A stretch of 64,000 nt of DNA from Laetmonice hystrix (Eukaryota). Positions 24,994 to 37,909 of the stretch are shown here, one piece after another. Every line of letters starts with the position of its first letter. Position 1 is the first letter of the stretch. The translations under genes were made by a program, and so were the position numbers. A model generated the notes under the pieces. The model was not told the origin of the DNA, did no database searches, and saw nothing but the letters and a program-made list of their open reading frames with translations. Location: contig OZ249439.1 in assembly GCA_965235115.1 (NCBI GenBank), positions 5,890,001 through 5,954,000 of the forward strand, read 5' to 3'.

Positions 24994-26881
24994 GACTGTG
25001 TCTGACATAGGTCGGCTGTAGACGGGACGGATGGTGACTGTGTCTGAGATAGGTCGGCTGTAGACGGGGCGGATGGTGACTGTGTCTGAGATAGGTCGGC
25101 TGTAGACGGGACGGATTGTGACTGTGTCTGAGATAGGTCGGCTGTAGACGGGACGGATGGTGACTGTCTGAGATAGGTTGGCTGTAGACGGGACGGATGG
25201 TGACTGTGTCTGAGATAGGTCGGCTGTAGACGGGACGGATGGTGACTGTGTCTGAGATAGGTCGGTTGTAGACGGGACGGATTGTGACTGTGTCTGAGAT
25301 AGGTCGGCTGTAGACGGGACGGATGGTGACTGTGTCTGAGATAGGTCGGCTGTAGACGGGACGGATTGTGACTGTGTCTGAGATAGGTCGGCTGTAGACG
25401 GGACGGATTGTGACTGTGTCTGAGATAGGTCGGCTGTAGACGGGACGGATGGTGACTGTCTGAGATAGGTCGGCTGTAGACGGGACGGATTGTGACTGTG
25501 TCTGAGATAGGTTGGCTGTAGACGGGACGGATTGTGACTGTGTCTGAGATAGGTCGGCTGTAGACGGGACGGATTGTGACTGTGTCTGAGATAGGTTGGC
25601 TGTAGACGGGACGGATTGTGACTGTCTGAGATAGGTCGGCTGTAGACGGGACGGATTGTGACTGTGTCTGAGATAGGTCGGCTGTAGACGGGACGGATTG
25701 TGACTGTGTCTGAGATAGGTCGCTGTAGACGGGACGGATGGTGACTGTGTCTGACATAGGTCGGCTGTAGACGGGACGGATTGTGACTGTGTCTGAGATA
25801 GGTCGGCTGTAGACGGGACGGATGGTGACTGTGTCTGAGATAGGTCGGCTGTAGACGGGGCGGATTGTGACTGTCTGAGATAGGTCGGCTGTAGACGGGA
25901 CGGATGGTGACTGTGTCTAAGATAGGTCGGCTGTAGACGGGACGGATGGTGACTGTGTCTGAGATAGGTCGGCTGTAGACGGGACGGATTGTGACTGTGT
26001 CTGAGATAGGTCGGCTGTAGACGGGACGGATGGTGACTGTGTCTGAGATAGGTCGGCTGTAGACGGGACGGATTGTGACTGTCTGAGATAGGTCGGCTGT
26101 AGACGGGACGGATTGTGACTGTGTCTGAGATAGGTCGGCTGTAGACGGGACGGATTGTGACTGTGTCTGAGATAGGTCGGCTGTAGACGGGACGGATGGT
26201 GACTGTGTCTGAGATAGGTCGGCTGTAGACGGGACGGATGGTGACTGTGTCTGAGATAGGTCGGCTGTAGACGGGACGGATGGTGACTGTGTCTGAGATA
26301 GGTCGGCTGTAGACGGGACGGATTGTGACTGTGTCTGAGATAGGTCGGCTGTAGACTGGACGGATTGTGACTGTGTCTGAGATAGGTCGGCTGTAGACGG
26401 GACGGATTGTGACTGTGTCTGAGATAGGTCGGCTGTAGACGGGACGGATGGTGACTGTGTCTGAGATAGGTCGGCTGTAGACGGGACGGATGGTGACTGT
26501 GTCTGAGATAGGTCGGCTGTAGACGGGACGGATTGTGACTGTGTCTGAGATAGGTCGGCTGTAGACGGGACGGATTGTGACTGTGTCTGAGATAGGTCGG
26601 CTGTAGACGGGACGGATGGTGACTGTGTCTGAGATAGGTCGGCTGTAGACGGGACGGATTGTGACTGTGTCTGAGATAGGTCGGCTGTAGACGGGACGGA
26701 TGGTGACTGTGTCTGAGATAGGTCGGCTGTAGAGGGGACGGATTGTGACTGTGTCTGAGATAGGTCGGCTGTAGACGGGACGGATGGTGACTGTGTCTGA
26801 GATAGGTCGGCTGTAGACGGGACGGATGGTGACTGTGTCTGAGATAGGTCGGCTGTAGACGGGACGGATTGTGACTGTGTC
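24994..26881. repeat. Minisatellite, 42-bp unit (40-bp variants), ~45 copies
   Basis: GACTGTGTCTGAGATAGGTCGGCTGTAGACGGGACGGAT(G/T)GT tandem. Confidence 0.98.
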
Positions 26882-27745
26882 TTCAAGGAGAACAGCAGCA
26901 GTTGACGAGCTGAGCCGCAGATGGTTGCAGGTGGCTGCAGGTGGCTACCAGAAGCAGCAGGTCAAGTATTGATTGCCAGAACAGAGCTGACAGCCTCCCA
27001 GCCGACACGTTGTATGCTGATATAAACTGACCGAGGTACTCGCTGAGACATGGGGAGACTGTATATAAAGGCAGGTTCACTCGTAAATCTATTTACTAAC
27101 TCCACTTAGACGTTATTCAAACTCGCCTAGAGCAACCTCAGAGATACATGCGGGGCTCACCATTTGGACTTAGTGTACTTAGAATTACACACTGCAGGAT
27201 TTGTTTTGGTATTTGCTGAAACAATAAGTATGACATAGCAGCATGTCCAGTGGCAGGGAGCCCGGTCAGGGTACAGTGGACTGTATCACAGATACGTTAC
27301 AACATAGACGTTTGTCAAACAAGGGCCATCAAGAAGGAGCCAAACACAGCAATGTCTCAGTATGTAGGGACACGCAGAGAATACGACAGAGATGGGCGAG
27401 GCCACCAATTTCCTACGAGTTTTCCCGAAGGAAATTGTTCATCAGCTAAAAACCACATGGGACAAAAGTGTCCAAAATGATGAGATCACGTATCAAGGGG
27501 ACTGTGTATGTTATGGTCGAGTAACAACAAGATTTACACGTCTTGTCCGACTCCTGACGAAGGAAATTAGCCACAGTACCGATATTTGCACCAGTGATGG
27601 TTTCAAGGTATACATAATAGACATATATTGTGACAGGACCCGCTGTGTGAGTTTATATTGTCATACACTTATGAACATAGATGATCAGTTTGGAGTCAAG
27701 AGACTCTCCTGAATGGAACCATGTTGCTACCGGGTCACCCGGCAT

Positions 27746-27822
27746 CTTCTGTCATGGAATGTGACTTCTGTCATGGAATGTGACTTCTGTCATGGAATGT
27801 GACTTCTGTCATGGAATGTGAC
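27746..27822. repeat. 19-bp tandem repeat, 4 copies
   Basis: CTTCTGTCATGGAATGTGA x4. Confidence 0.93.
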
Positions 27823-30674
27823 GTTCAAATTTTCCGGAATTGGGACATGGCTAAATCTCGTTAAATGGCGCTTTTGACATTTTTCCGGCAAAATCTTTGG
27901 ACTTTTTGGCAAGAAACAAAGAGGAGCCAGACAATGCTACAAGTCTAGTCTGAAAGAGGTCTGTTAACGTCGGGCCTCTCTAATCTTTCTCAGTTTTGTG
28001 ATTACAAGTTGAGAACAGATAACGAAGAATGGGGAGGACGGTGAATAACAATATTCCGAATACGGAGAAATTGGTTAATTTTCCCGTTACATCATTCTTT
28101 GGATGGCAACGCCAAACAACTGAATGCTAGTTTCTCTGGGGGAAACTGGCGGGGGGTTCTCTTCATAAATCAGGTATTAGAAATCATTTTTCATATGGAA
28201 TGATCTTCGAGTGGCACCTGCAAAGTGATTTATCCTGTAAACCTAAATAGAAAGTAAATGCCTTGAAGGTGTACAAGCCATGCGAAAATGTGAGAGGCGT
28301 GCTGGTTTATTGGTACTGTGCGCAGTCAGACTATGTGTCATTCTTGTAATCACCAAGTCGTTTACAACGGGTGTAACACCTGTGTAGGAGAGTGTGCCAT
28401 GGAGCCATGAGAGGGTGACAATACGACCAGGCGGGACTCACACTACTGATGGCTTATCGCCTGGGGATCCAACGGTTACAGACCATTGAATGTGTCGGTG
28501 CGGTCAGACCCTGAGCCCCAGGGCCTGTCGTATTGAAAGGTCGAGGCAAGGTCAGATGAAGAATTTGCAGCCACCGGTTGCACAATTAGAAGAGAAAGGT
28601 TGAAGCCAGGTAGTAGCAAGTTTTGAATAGGAACGGTGGTAAGGGTGGTTGGCCAGTGTTTGCGGGGTCCGAGTCAGTGAGGTATCCCCTTGCCTTGACC
28701 ACCCAGCCTCACTGGCCACACCGGGCGCAGTGGGCTGTCTACAAATCCGGGCCTGCCTACCTCGCACACATGCAGTAACTTCGGTCTTTCCGACACACAC
28801 GCGCATACATTTATTTAAATCAAATGTGAGCCAAGCCGTTTTGAGTGAGTACCGCATGTAGGCTCTTTTCGCCTTTTCTGCTCGTTAAAGGGACCCCCTT
28901 GGACAGGGCGGGGATAAGGCGAGGCTCAGCAGAGCTGCCGGAGAATAACTCTTCCATCTGTGATCCGCAGTAAGAGAAACCCACTCTGATTAGGAGATAG
29001 GTAGGTAGGTGATAAGATAATCGTATTGTGTAGGTCTATAACAGATCACAAGTGTAATGAGGTAGTAGCGAAATTACGTTAAGACTTGAGAGAAAATCCA
29101 TGAGCCCCCTCGCCAGCAGCCCCAGGGCAGGATCAGATTAGAGCATTACAGAGACAAGACTAACAAAGAGTGTACAAACGTACCACTGACGTGAGACAGC
29201 TACAGGCCGTCGGCTTAGGTACATTACATCAGTCAGTCCCTGAAATCACTCGTGTTTAACAAGCCTCACCTCTCCAACTGGGACCTAAAAACAACAGTAG
29301 TATCGCAGCCCTGTTCTATCATGACCATCACACACTCATTATTTGAAGATTTCTTGTTACAATATGTAACATGAGAACCACTCGCAAAAAGCAATGATTG
29401 AAACCATAAACCTTCAACCTCGTGGATTCAGCAATATAGCTCATCGCCCGGCTCAGCGAGAAGCTTAATGACTCGATCCTTGACACCCTTTGTAATCTTT
29501 GTATTCTCAGTCCCTGAAAACCTGAGTCAGTCACCCGGCTTGAGCTGAGCCCCGGGTGTCGTTAGTATACTTGGTTTAGGTCGAACAAAACGTCAATTCA
29601 CAGGTCATCCGATTCCTTCTCAGACTTGGGGAGCAGAGAGATAAACGCTAACGGAATAACCGAACTGATCACCATCATTGAGGCCATCTCTGCCGTCCAC
29701 TGGCATCATCATTAACATGATAACTTGATGTTGAAAACAGCAGAAATTATCACATGTGGTTTTATACGCGCTCTGTTATCTTGCAACCTACTGAGTTTCA
29801 TTTTTGCGGTGTAAGAGTTGTTTTTTCTTCATTTTGTTGACCTGATATCGGCTCGGCGTCAGTGTCACTGAGAACCTTCCTTGGCTGAGGTCCATTCAAT
29901 CACTGAACAAGGCGCGCCCCCTACCGGAGAGTCGGGAGGATAACGCCCCAAACGAGGCTAGTCTGCTCTCGCCTACCAGAAACCTTGCCGATAACATGAC
30001 CACCCCTCAATTGGTTTGTCATAGTCGGCCATATAAATTTGTTTAACAGTCGGAAAGGCCACGGACTGTGGTGGAGAGACGCAGCCTAGGTCTATAGGGT
30101 ATCGGGGATAGTTGTCGGACACCAAACGATCCTGGGCGGCATGATGCATGGACTGGCTCTCTCTGGGTGCAGGTCATCCTACAATTGGCTTGCAATCGTT
30201 GCCCTGCTATTATCCACGATTCTACCAAGATAGGCTTCGTTCTGCAAATATAGGAGACGTTTGTCATTGGCATCTTCACCATTACCGCCCATCGACCGTT
30301 CACCGGTTCTGTGTGTCATTGCCATTTCTACGAAGTTCTCTCCGTACGCTTATTGCCCCATTATCAGCGCGAACTCCCAGTAACCCGCTACCGTTATCTC
30401 GTACCACGTCCTAACTGGGTTCGATGGAATGGAAAAAAGATGAATAAAAGAAAGTTGACCTTAGAACCTGCAGATTCGTTTCAAAGTTTAACCTTTTCAC
30501 GGAGGAGTCTGCACCGGTTCCGACTACACGTTAACATATCTAGGAAAGATGGTGCTAAGATCTAAAGAACTATTACTAGCCCTAAACATAGTCCATACCT
30601 CGGTCAGCTGGACTTCCTCTTTAATATTACATTGTTGTATGCCTAACTCCTTGGGGTGTACTCCAGAAGGTGTA

Positions 30675-31050
30675 CTCTAATCCTATAGATAAGTACGGAC
30701 CTCCATACCTCTCCCACTGCATGTTAGATAAACTCCGGACTCTAATCCTATAGATAAGTACGGACCCCCATACCTCTCCCACTGCATGTTAGATAAACTC
30801 CGGACTCTAATCCTATAGATAAGTACGGACCCCCATACCTCTCCTACTGCATGTTAGATAAACTCCGGACTCTAATCCTATAGATAAGTACGGACCTCAA
30901 TGCCTCTCCTACTGCATGTTAGATAAACTCCGGACTCTAATCCTATAGATAAGTACGGACCTCCATACCTCTCCTACTGCATGTCAGATAAACTCCGTAC
31001 TCTAATCCTATAGATAAGTACGGACCTCCATGTCTCTCCTACTGCATGTT
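30675..31050. repeat. Minisatellite, 65-bp unit, ~6 copies
   Basis: CTCTAATCCTATAGATAAGTACGGAC at 30675, 30740, ... Confidence 0.95.
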
Positions 31051-33038
31051 AAAAAACACTGCCCGGCGTGGCTGACAAAATCTCATTCTCGATACTCACA
31101 AAGAATGGTGTAATTCGTGTTTGTTGGACTGAGCATTGATTCTGTAATATTAGATTAACAAATGAATACTATGTGTGATGTCCACTTGTCCGTGTCGCAG
31201 CAGTCTCCCAACATCCGCCCCACCAATAACCCTGACCGCCACGACAGCATAACCCTATTGTAAAAGTACCCCTTCAAATTTGATTTGCAAAGCCCTGATC
31301 AAATTGTAGAATGTCCTGTGAGGGCTGAACAAATTGCTTGGGTATTGTACTTGCTGTGCCTGTCGATCAGCGAGGGGACGAGGCCTAGCTGGCATTGACT
31401 CTCCCCGTTTATAAGGGACGTTCAGTGTTGGAACTACTGGCCAGGACTCGGCCCACTAAGACGAAAATGATGTTCCAGGAACACGTTGTGAGGTCATGGC
31501 CTGTAGACAGCTGGAGAAACACTTCATCAGTCAGTTAACATTGGCGCGGAGGAAGAGTTTCAGATTGGTGGATAGTATTGTTCCCTGTTGTGACTTGCTA
31601 GCAGGAAGGGGAAGGTCTCTTGATGATAACAGTGCATTAGGCACTGTGTCCACCCCTGACGATTGTAGGTCACTCCTCATGTCTGATGTCCATTTTACTA
31701 AATCAACTTTCCGGCCCCTGTAAACTTAAGAGTCCCAGAAGAGAAAGCCATTTACCGGGTATGTATTGAAAATAACACAGTAGAAAGTCAAAATGATTAC
31801 GCTGGAAACTATGATGGAAGTTGATAAAAGATTATTAAACCACTGTCAGGCAGATTTATTCAAAAGTCTAATGCAGACTAGAAGTTTTCTTATTATAGGC
31901 CAGCATAAACACAACACCAAACGTTGCCTTGTTGATTGCAAGCACGTTGCACTTATATTAGGAACGTAATCTCTGCCAGGCTTTAGAGCATTTAATAGAC
32001 AGCTTCAGTAAAATACTGATTTACTAATTCAAATAGCTTTATCAAACTGGCAATAAAAGATAACTGCAGTCGAGCTCAACAGCGATAACAGAATGTCGGT
32101 AACAATGGTATTTTTTTCTATAAATGCATGACTGGGAGGACATTTTGCAGGTTATGCGAACATTTGGATATTCATCCTAAGTCCAAATTGTCAGCAGCGC
32201 GACAGCCTTGTGCCAGGATCGGTCTGCCGCTACTGGTGATGAATTGGAAGTCATTGAGGGTTGCTGATGAAGGGTCAAGTCCGAGGCTCACAGTGGGAGA
32301 AGGTTGGGGCCGATGACCGGTAGGCAGGGGGAGATGTCACCTTGATTCACCGCCCACGCTGACCAGCTGACCAGTGATTGGTACCAAGGTGACCACCCCT
32401 CGTCAGCCAGCCAGCCGTACCGGGGTCTGCCTACAGGCAGAGGCCGGTAAACGCCCTGTAGAGTACCAATGAACAGGGCTATTTCCCGTCCACAATCCCA
32501 CCCTCCAGCCTTCGTACAGTTAGTTGATGATTATGGTGGCCGGTTAGTGCCAACGACGATTACAAAAGAGGAAACACGTTTACAAATTAAAAACGACGAA
32601 TGCAAAAGAGAAAACACGTTTACAAATTAAAAACGACGAATGCAAAAGAGAAAACACAAACGCAAAAGTTAGAACGGCGATTACAAAACAGAAACCACGA
32701 CCACAAATTCAAAAACGCAAAAACAAAAGAGAAAACACAAACGCAAACGCCAAAACGGCAATTACAAAACAAAAACCGCGAAAACAAATTCAAACACGCA
32801 AATGCAAGAGATAGATCACAAACGCGAACAACAAGTTGGCGTGTAGCACGCTTACAAGAATGGTATCCATGTTCGGGGCCCAGGGACGACCAGGGCGAGT
32901 CTAAGTGGACAGGGGTGTTTGCACTCTGACTAGTTCTGGCGATACTGAGACGCTGCGGTAGGAGATTGGCATAAGGGAGCCAAAGTCTCGGACATGCGCA
33001 ACTCGTTCCAATTCCTACTAGGGCGGAAACTGTCCACG

Positions 33039-33838
33039 GGTGTGACTAATTACCGAAATCTACCGGAATATACCGAAATCTACCGGAATATACCGAAATC
33101 CAGAAACCCCCATGACTAATTACCGAAATCGACCCCCAAAATTACCGAAATCGACCTCTAGTTGTGTTTGAGAGCCCACAAACTTACCGAAATTGACCTC
33201 TAGAACTTTGTGTTTGGGAGCCCCCAAACTTACCGAAATCGACCTCTAATAGTATTGGGAAGCCCCGAGACTTACCAAAATCGACCTCTGTAATTGGGTT
33301 TAGGAGCCCCTAAAATTACCGAAATCGACCTCTATAGTTGTGTTTGGGAGCCCCAAACTTACCGAAATGGACCTCTAGTTGTGTTTGAGAGCCCCCAAAC
33401 TTACCGAAATCGACCTCTAGTTGTGTTTGGAAGCCCCCAAACTTACTGAAATCGACCTATAATTGGGTTTATAGGAGCCCCCCAAATTACCGAAATCGAC
33501 CTCTAGTGTTGTTTGGGAGCCCCCAAAGTTACCGAAATCGACCTCTTGTTGTGTTTGGGAGCCCCCAGATTTCGGTAAGTTTGGGGGCTCCCAAACCCAA
33601 TTAGAGGTCGATTTCGGTAAGTTTGGGGGCTCCCAAACCCAATTAGAGTGGGTCGATTTCCGTAAGTTTGGGGACTCCCAAACACAACTAGAGGTCGATT
33701 TCGAAAGTTTGGGGGGTCCCAAACACAACTAGAGGTCCATTTGGGGAAGTTTGGGGGAAGTTCGGTAATTAGTCATGGGGTTTCTGAATTCCGGTAGATT
33801 CCGGTAGATTTCGGTAGATTTCGGTAATTAGTCACACC
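33039..33838. mobile_element. Fold-back (palindromic) element nested in the IS3EU-type element, with ~43-bp internal tandem units
   Basis: GGTGTGACTAATTACCGAAATCTACCGGAAT...CAGAAACCCC at left, its reverse complement ending 33838; TTACCGAAATCGACCTCT units flip orientation at ~33568; no TSD found. Confidence 0.7.
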
Positions 33839-33842
33839 GGTG

Positions 33843-33951
33843 CGGGGTGGGGGGTGCCCCCGCCCGGCCCCGGCAACGCCCCCGCCCCCCCCCCCCCCGA
33901 CAATGACCCCCCCCCCCTAAATCCGCGCCTGACCCGTTGGATCCGCCACTG
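33843..33951 (-). mobile_element. GC-rich fragment with a hAT-MITE-like terminus
   Basis: rc reads CAGTGGCGGATCC...AGGCGCGGATTTAGGGGGGG; partner end and TSD not found. Confidence 0.3.
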
Positions 33952-34780
33952 CATGGACGGAGGAGCCACGCCAAAGCCCAAACACGCTAAATAAAAAGGT
34001 TGCCTTTGGAACGAGTTTGAGAATGTGCCTCCCAACTCGAAGTCGAAGTTTACGTCGAAGTCGAAGTCGAAGTTATGGTCGGTGTCTCAGTAAATGTATG
34101 TACGTCGAGCTGGAAGTCGAAGAATTTCCCTTCAGGTATTCCATAGCAGGCCTCGGTAGATGTCACCTCAGCTCACCCCTGTCCCACATTTACACTTAGA
34201 CTCGTCCTGGTCGACTCTCGGCCCGGAACATGGATATCCTTTTTGTAAACGTGCTTCACGCCAAGTTGTTGTTTGTGGCGTGAGAGGGATTTGTATTCAT
34301 CGTTTTTGCTTTTGTATTTGTCGTTTTGAATTTGTATTCTTCGTTTTGAATTTGTATTTGTCGTTTTTGCTTTTGTATTTGTCATTTTGCTTTTGTATTC
34401 GTCGTTTTGAATTTGTATTTGTCGTTTTGCTTTTGTATTTGTCGTTTTGCTTTTGTATTCGTCGTTTTGAATTTGTATTCGTCGTTGGCACTAATCGGCC
34501 ACCGTAGATGATTACTGGGCAGACCATTGAAACCACGTCTACTGGGACCTCCCCTGATTGACACTTGGTGATGCCATTTACAGCCTGAGGAGCTCAAGGG
34601 TTGCAGCCATGCCAGCGTCGTCCATGCCTTAATACACACAACGAGATAGAAACAGGGTGAGTGCAAGGCTAGGCCCTGTTGAAAGGTACGGGAAGTAGGA
34701 GGTCAGAACGGGACGTTTACTTCTACCTCATGTCTTGTGTCAATTCGCCCGGGGCAGTCACCAGGGGGATCCCGGTTTCG

Positions 34781-35036
34781 GAAAGGTTCTAAGAAGCAAG
34801 CTGGAAGCTAAGCAGGGCTACGGTGGCCCACGAGCACACAGACACTTTAACTTTCTACATTGATTTTCATGGATATTTTCACGGCAGTAAAAATATTATG
34901 GCGGTGAAAATATTACCAACACGGTTAATCATTATCACTGTGAAAATATCGATGGAAATCAATCTAGAACGTTAAAACTAGTTTATGTCCCTTTCGTAGC
35001 TCTGCTTACCTCACAGCGTGCTGCTTAGAGCCTTTC
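34781..35036. mobile_element. Imperfect ~255-bp palindromic MITE
   Basis: GAAAGGTTCTAAG vs rc GAAAGGCTCTAAG; internal arms TTCTACATTGATTTTCATGGATATTTTCAC vs rc TTCTAGATTGATTTCCATCGATATTTTCAC; TSD unclear. Confidence 0.55.
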
Positions 35037-35706
35037 TGACCACTTTTTATTTATACCGAGGTCACCACCACCAGAACAGTGTAACCTTGAACGCTTTAGT
35101 AATACTATTTCCAGTCTGGCTCAGTCTGGTTGTCTGGGTAGAGCATGACTTAAAGAGGTTCTGATGTCGTTAGGACGATAATGTTTACCTATAAAAGTTG
35201 TAAGAAAAGGGTTTGAAGGTCAGAAATCGAGACCATAATTATGTCATTTATGTTCATTTATGTTGTGTGGAACACGTGTTATAAATACTTGGATTTATAA
35301 ATCGGCGTTACGCTCAGCCAGCCGGTAATTCAATGAGAAAACACTTGTGTCGAGCAGTCTTCAAATATTAACCATAAGAACATTATTGTCTGTGATAAAC
35401 CACATCTACATGACACGACAGAGACGGTGTGGGTGGCTACGTTTATTATATATCAGCCTCTTACAGTATGTCTGGTCGCTTGGCGCGAGACCCGACAATA
35501 CAGTCTGCTTTTATGTATTATTATAAATGTGTAGGGATATTTATAATAGTGTCTCGAGTATCATTTTCATCTGACATTCTGTGTTCAGTTTTATTGGGCC
35601 ATTTTCTTTTATAATCGTGGGAAAGCGCCTGTATTTGTTTTATAATTATTATCTACACTTTTAAAGCGGAGATAAAATTTGAACAAGTTCCAAAATAGAC
35701 ATTCTA

Positions 35707-36082
35707 AAAATATACCTGTGTGATACTTAGAGTCCATATCTAGTCAATGACATTACTAGTTACCTCATTTTGTGTCGATTTCATACTGAATACTGGAGAC
35801 AAAATATACCTGTGTGATACTTAGAGTCCATATCTAGTCAATGACACCATTAGTTACCTCATTCTGTGTCCATTTCATACTGAATACTGGAGACAAAATA
35901 TACCTGTGTGATACTTAGAGTCCATATCTAGTCAATGACACCATTAGTTACCTCATTCTGTGTCGAGTTCATACTGAAACCTGCAGACAAAATATACCTG
36001 TGTGATACTTAAGAGTCCATAGTCAATGACATCACTAGTTACCTCATTTTGTGTCGATTTCATACTGAAAACTGAAAACAAA
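35707..36082. repeat. Tandem repeat, ~94-bp unit, 4 copies
   Basis: AAAATATACCTGTGTGATACTTAGAGTCCAT at ~35707, 35801, 35896, 35989. Confidence 0.93.
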
Positions 36083-36270
36083 ATTGTTCTCCACGCTTGG
36101 AATCAGATCCGTAGCGACGGACATTAAAATACTATACCCAAATCAGGAGCTGTGCAGTATAGGAACTTCATTCCCAGGGTGGGACTCTTCATATACATAC
36201 AGATATATGTGATACGTGTATATGTACAGCATTGTGGGTCGGTCAGGTGGAAATTAGTGCACGGTGCCGG

Positions 36271-37909
36271 GAAATGGTCCTCAGTGTGGCGGGAAACTGG
36301 ACTAAATGGTCCTCAGTGTGGCGGGAAACTGGACCAAATGGTCCTCAGTGTGGCGGGAAACTGGACCAAATGGTCCTCAGTGTGGCGGGAAACTGGACCA
36401 AATATGGTCCTCAGTGTGGCGGGAAACTGGACCAAATGGTCCTCAGTGTGGCAGGAAACTGGACCAAATGGTCCTCAGTGTGGCGGGAAACTGGACCAAA
36501 TGGTCCTCAGTGTGGCGGGAAACTGGACCAAATGGTCCTCAGTGTGGCGGGAAACTGGACCAAATGGTCCTCAGTGTGGCGGAAAACTGGACCAAATGGT
36601 CCTCAGTGTGGCGGGAAACTGGACCAAATGGTCCTCAGTGTGGCGGGAAACTGGACCAAATGGTCCTCAGTGTGGCGGGAAACTGGACCAAATGGTCCTC
36701 AGTGTGGCGGGAAACTGGACCAAATGGTCCTCAGTGTGGCGGGAAACTGGACCAAATGGTCCTCAGTGTGGCGGGAAACTGGACCAAATGGTCCTCAGTG
36801 TGGCGGGAAACTGGACCAAATGGTCCTCAGTGTGGCGGGAAACTGGGCCAAATGGTCCTCAGTGTGGCGGGAAACTGGACCAAATGGTCCTCAGTGTGGC
36901 GGGAAACTGGACCAAATGGTCCTCAGTGTGGCGGGAAACTGGACCAAATGGTCCTCAGTGTGGCGGGAAACTGGACCAAATGGTCCTCAGTGTGGCGGGA
37001 AACTGGACCAAATGGTCCTCAGTGTGGCGGGAAACTGGACCAAATGGTCCTCAGTGTGGCGGGAAACTGGACCAAATGGTCCTCAGTGTGGCGGGAAACT
37101 GGACCAAATGGTCCTCAGTGTGGCGGGAAACTGGACCAAATGGTCCTCAGTGTGGCGGGAAACTGGACCAAATGGTCCTCAGTGTGGCGGGAAACTGGAC
37201 TAAATGGTCCTCAGTGTGGCGGGAAACTGGACCAAATGGTCCTCAGTGTGGCGGGAAACTGGACCAAATGGTCCTCAGTGTGGCGGGAAACTGGACCAAA
37301 TGGTCCTCAGTGTGGCGGGAAACTGGACCAAATGGTCCTCAGTGTGGCGGGAAACTGGACCAAATGGTCCTCAGTGTGGCGGGAAACTGGACCAAATGGT
37401 CCTCAGTGTGGCGGGAAACTGGACCAAATGGTCCTCCGTGTGGCGGGAAACTGGACCAAATGGTCCTCAGTGTGGCGGGAAACTGGACCAAATGGTCCTC
37501 AGTGTGGCGGGAAACTGGACCAAATGGTCCTCAGTGTGGCGGGAAACTGGACCAAATGGTCCTCAGTGTGGCGGGAAACTGGACCAAATGGTCCTCAGTG
37601 TGGCGGGAAACTGGATCAAATGGTCCTCAGTGTGGCGGGAAACTGGACCAAATGGTCCTCAGTGTGGCGGGAAACTGGACCAAATGGTCCTCCGTGTGGC
37701 GGGAAACTGGACCAAATGGTCCTCAGTGTGGCGGGAAACTGGACCAAATGGTCCTCAGTGTGGCGGGAAACTGGACCAAATGGTCCTCAGTGTGGCGGGA
37801 AACTGGACCAAATGGTCCTCAGTGTGGCGGGAAACTGGGCCAAATGGTCCTCAGTGTGGCGGGAAACTGGACCAAATGGTCCTCAGTGTGGCGGGAAACT
37901 GGACCAAAT
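36271..37909. repeat. Minisatellite, 32-bp unit, ~51 highly homogeneous copies
   Basis: AAATGGTCCTCAGTGTGGCGGGAAACTGGACC tandem; the unit has no + strand stop in any frame, hence the 600-aa ORFs. Confidence 0.98.

Larger units (their letters stand above)
32532..34506. mobile_element. Non-autonomous DNA transposon, IS3EU-type, 1975 bp including nested insertions, long imperfect TIRs built from sub-repeats
   Basis: GATGAT|TATGGTGGCCGGTTAGTGCCAACGACGA ... TCGTCGTTGGCACTAATCGGCCACCGTA|GATGAT: 6-bp TSD (32526-32531, 34507-34512), TAY..RTA termini; inverted similarity extends ~330-390 bp with ACAAAA/CGAC sub-repeats; superfamily assignment is from my recollection of the terminal signature. Confidence 0.8.

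Noticed and set aside
24912-26886. S/T/P/Q-rich mucin-like 631-aa ORF on the minus strand
   Set aside because: Frequent 2-bp (40-bp unit) deletions shift the frame repeatedly, which argues against coding constraint.
33039-33838. CRISPR-like repeat/spacer look (also 18181-20495)
   Set aside because: The 'spacers' are variants of one sequence rather than unique, the array inverts inside TIRs, there are no cas genes, and the context is eukaryotic.
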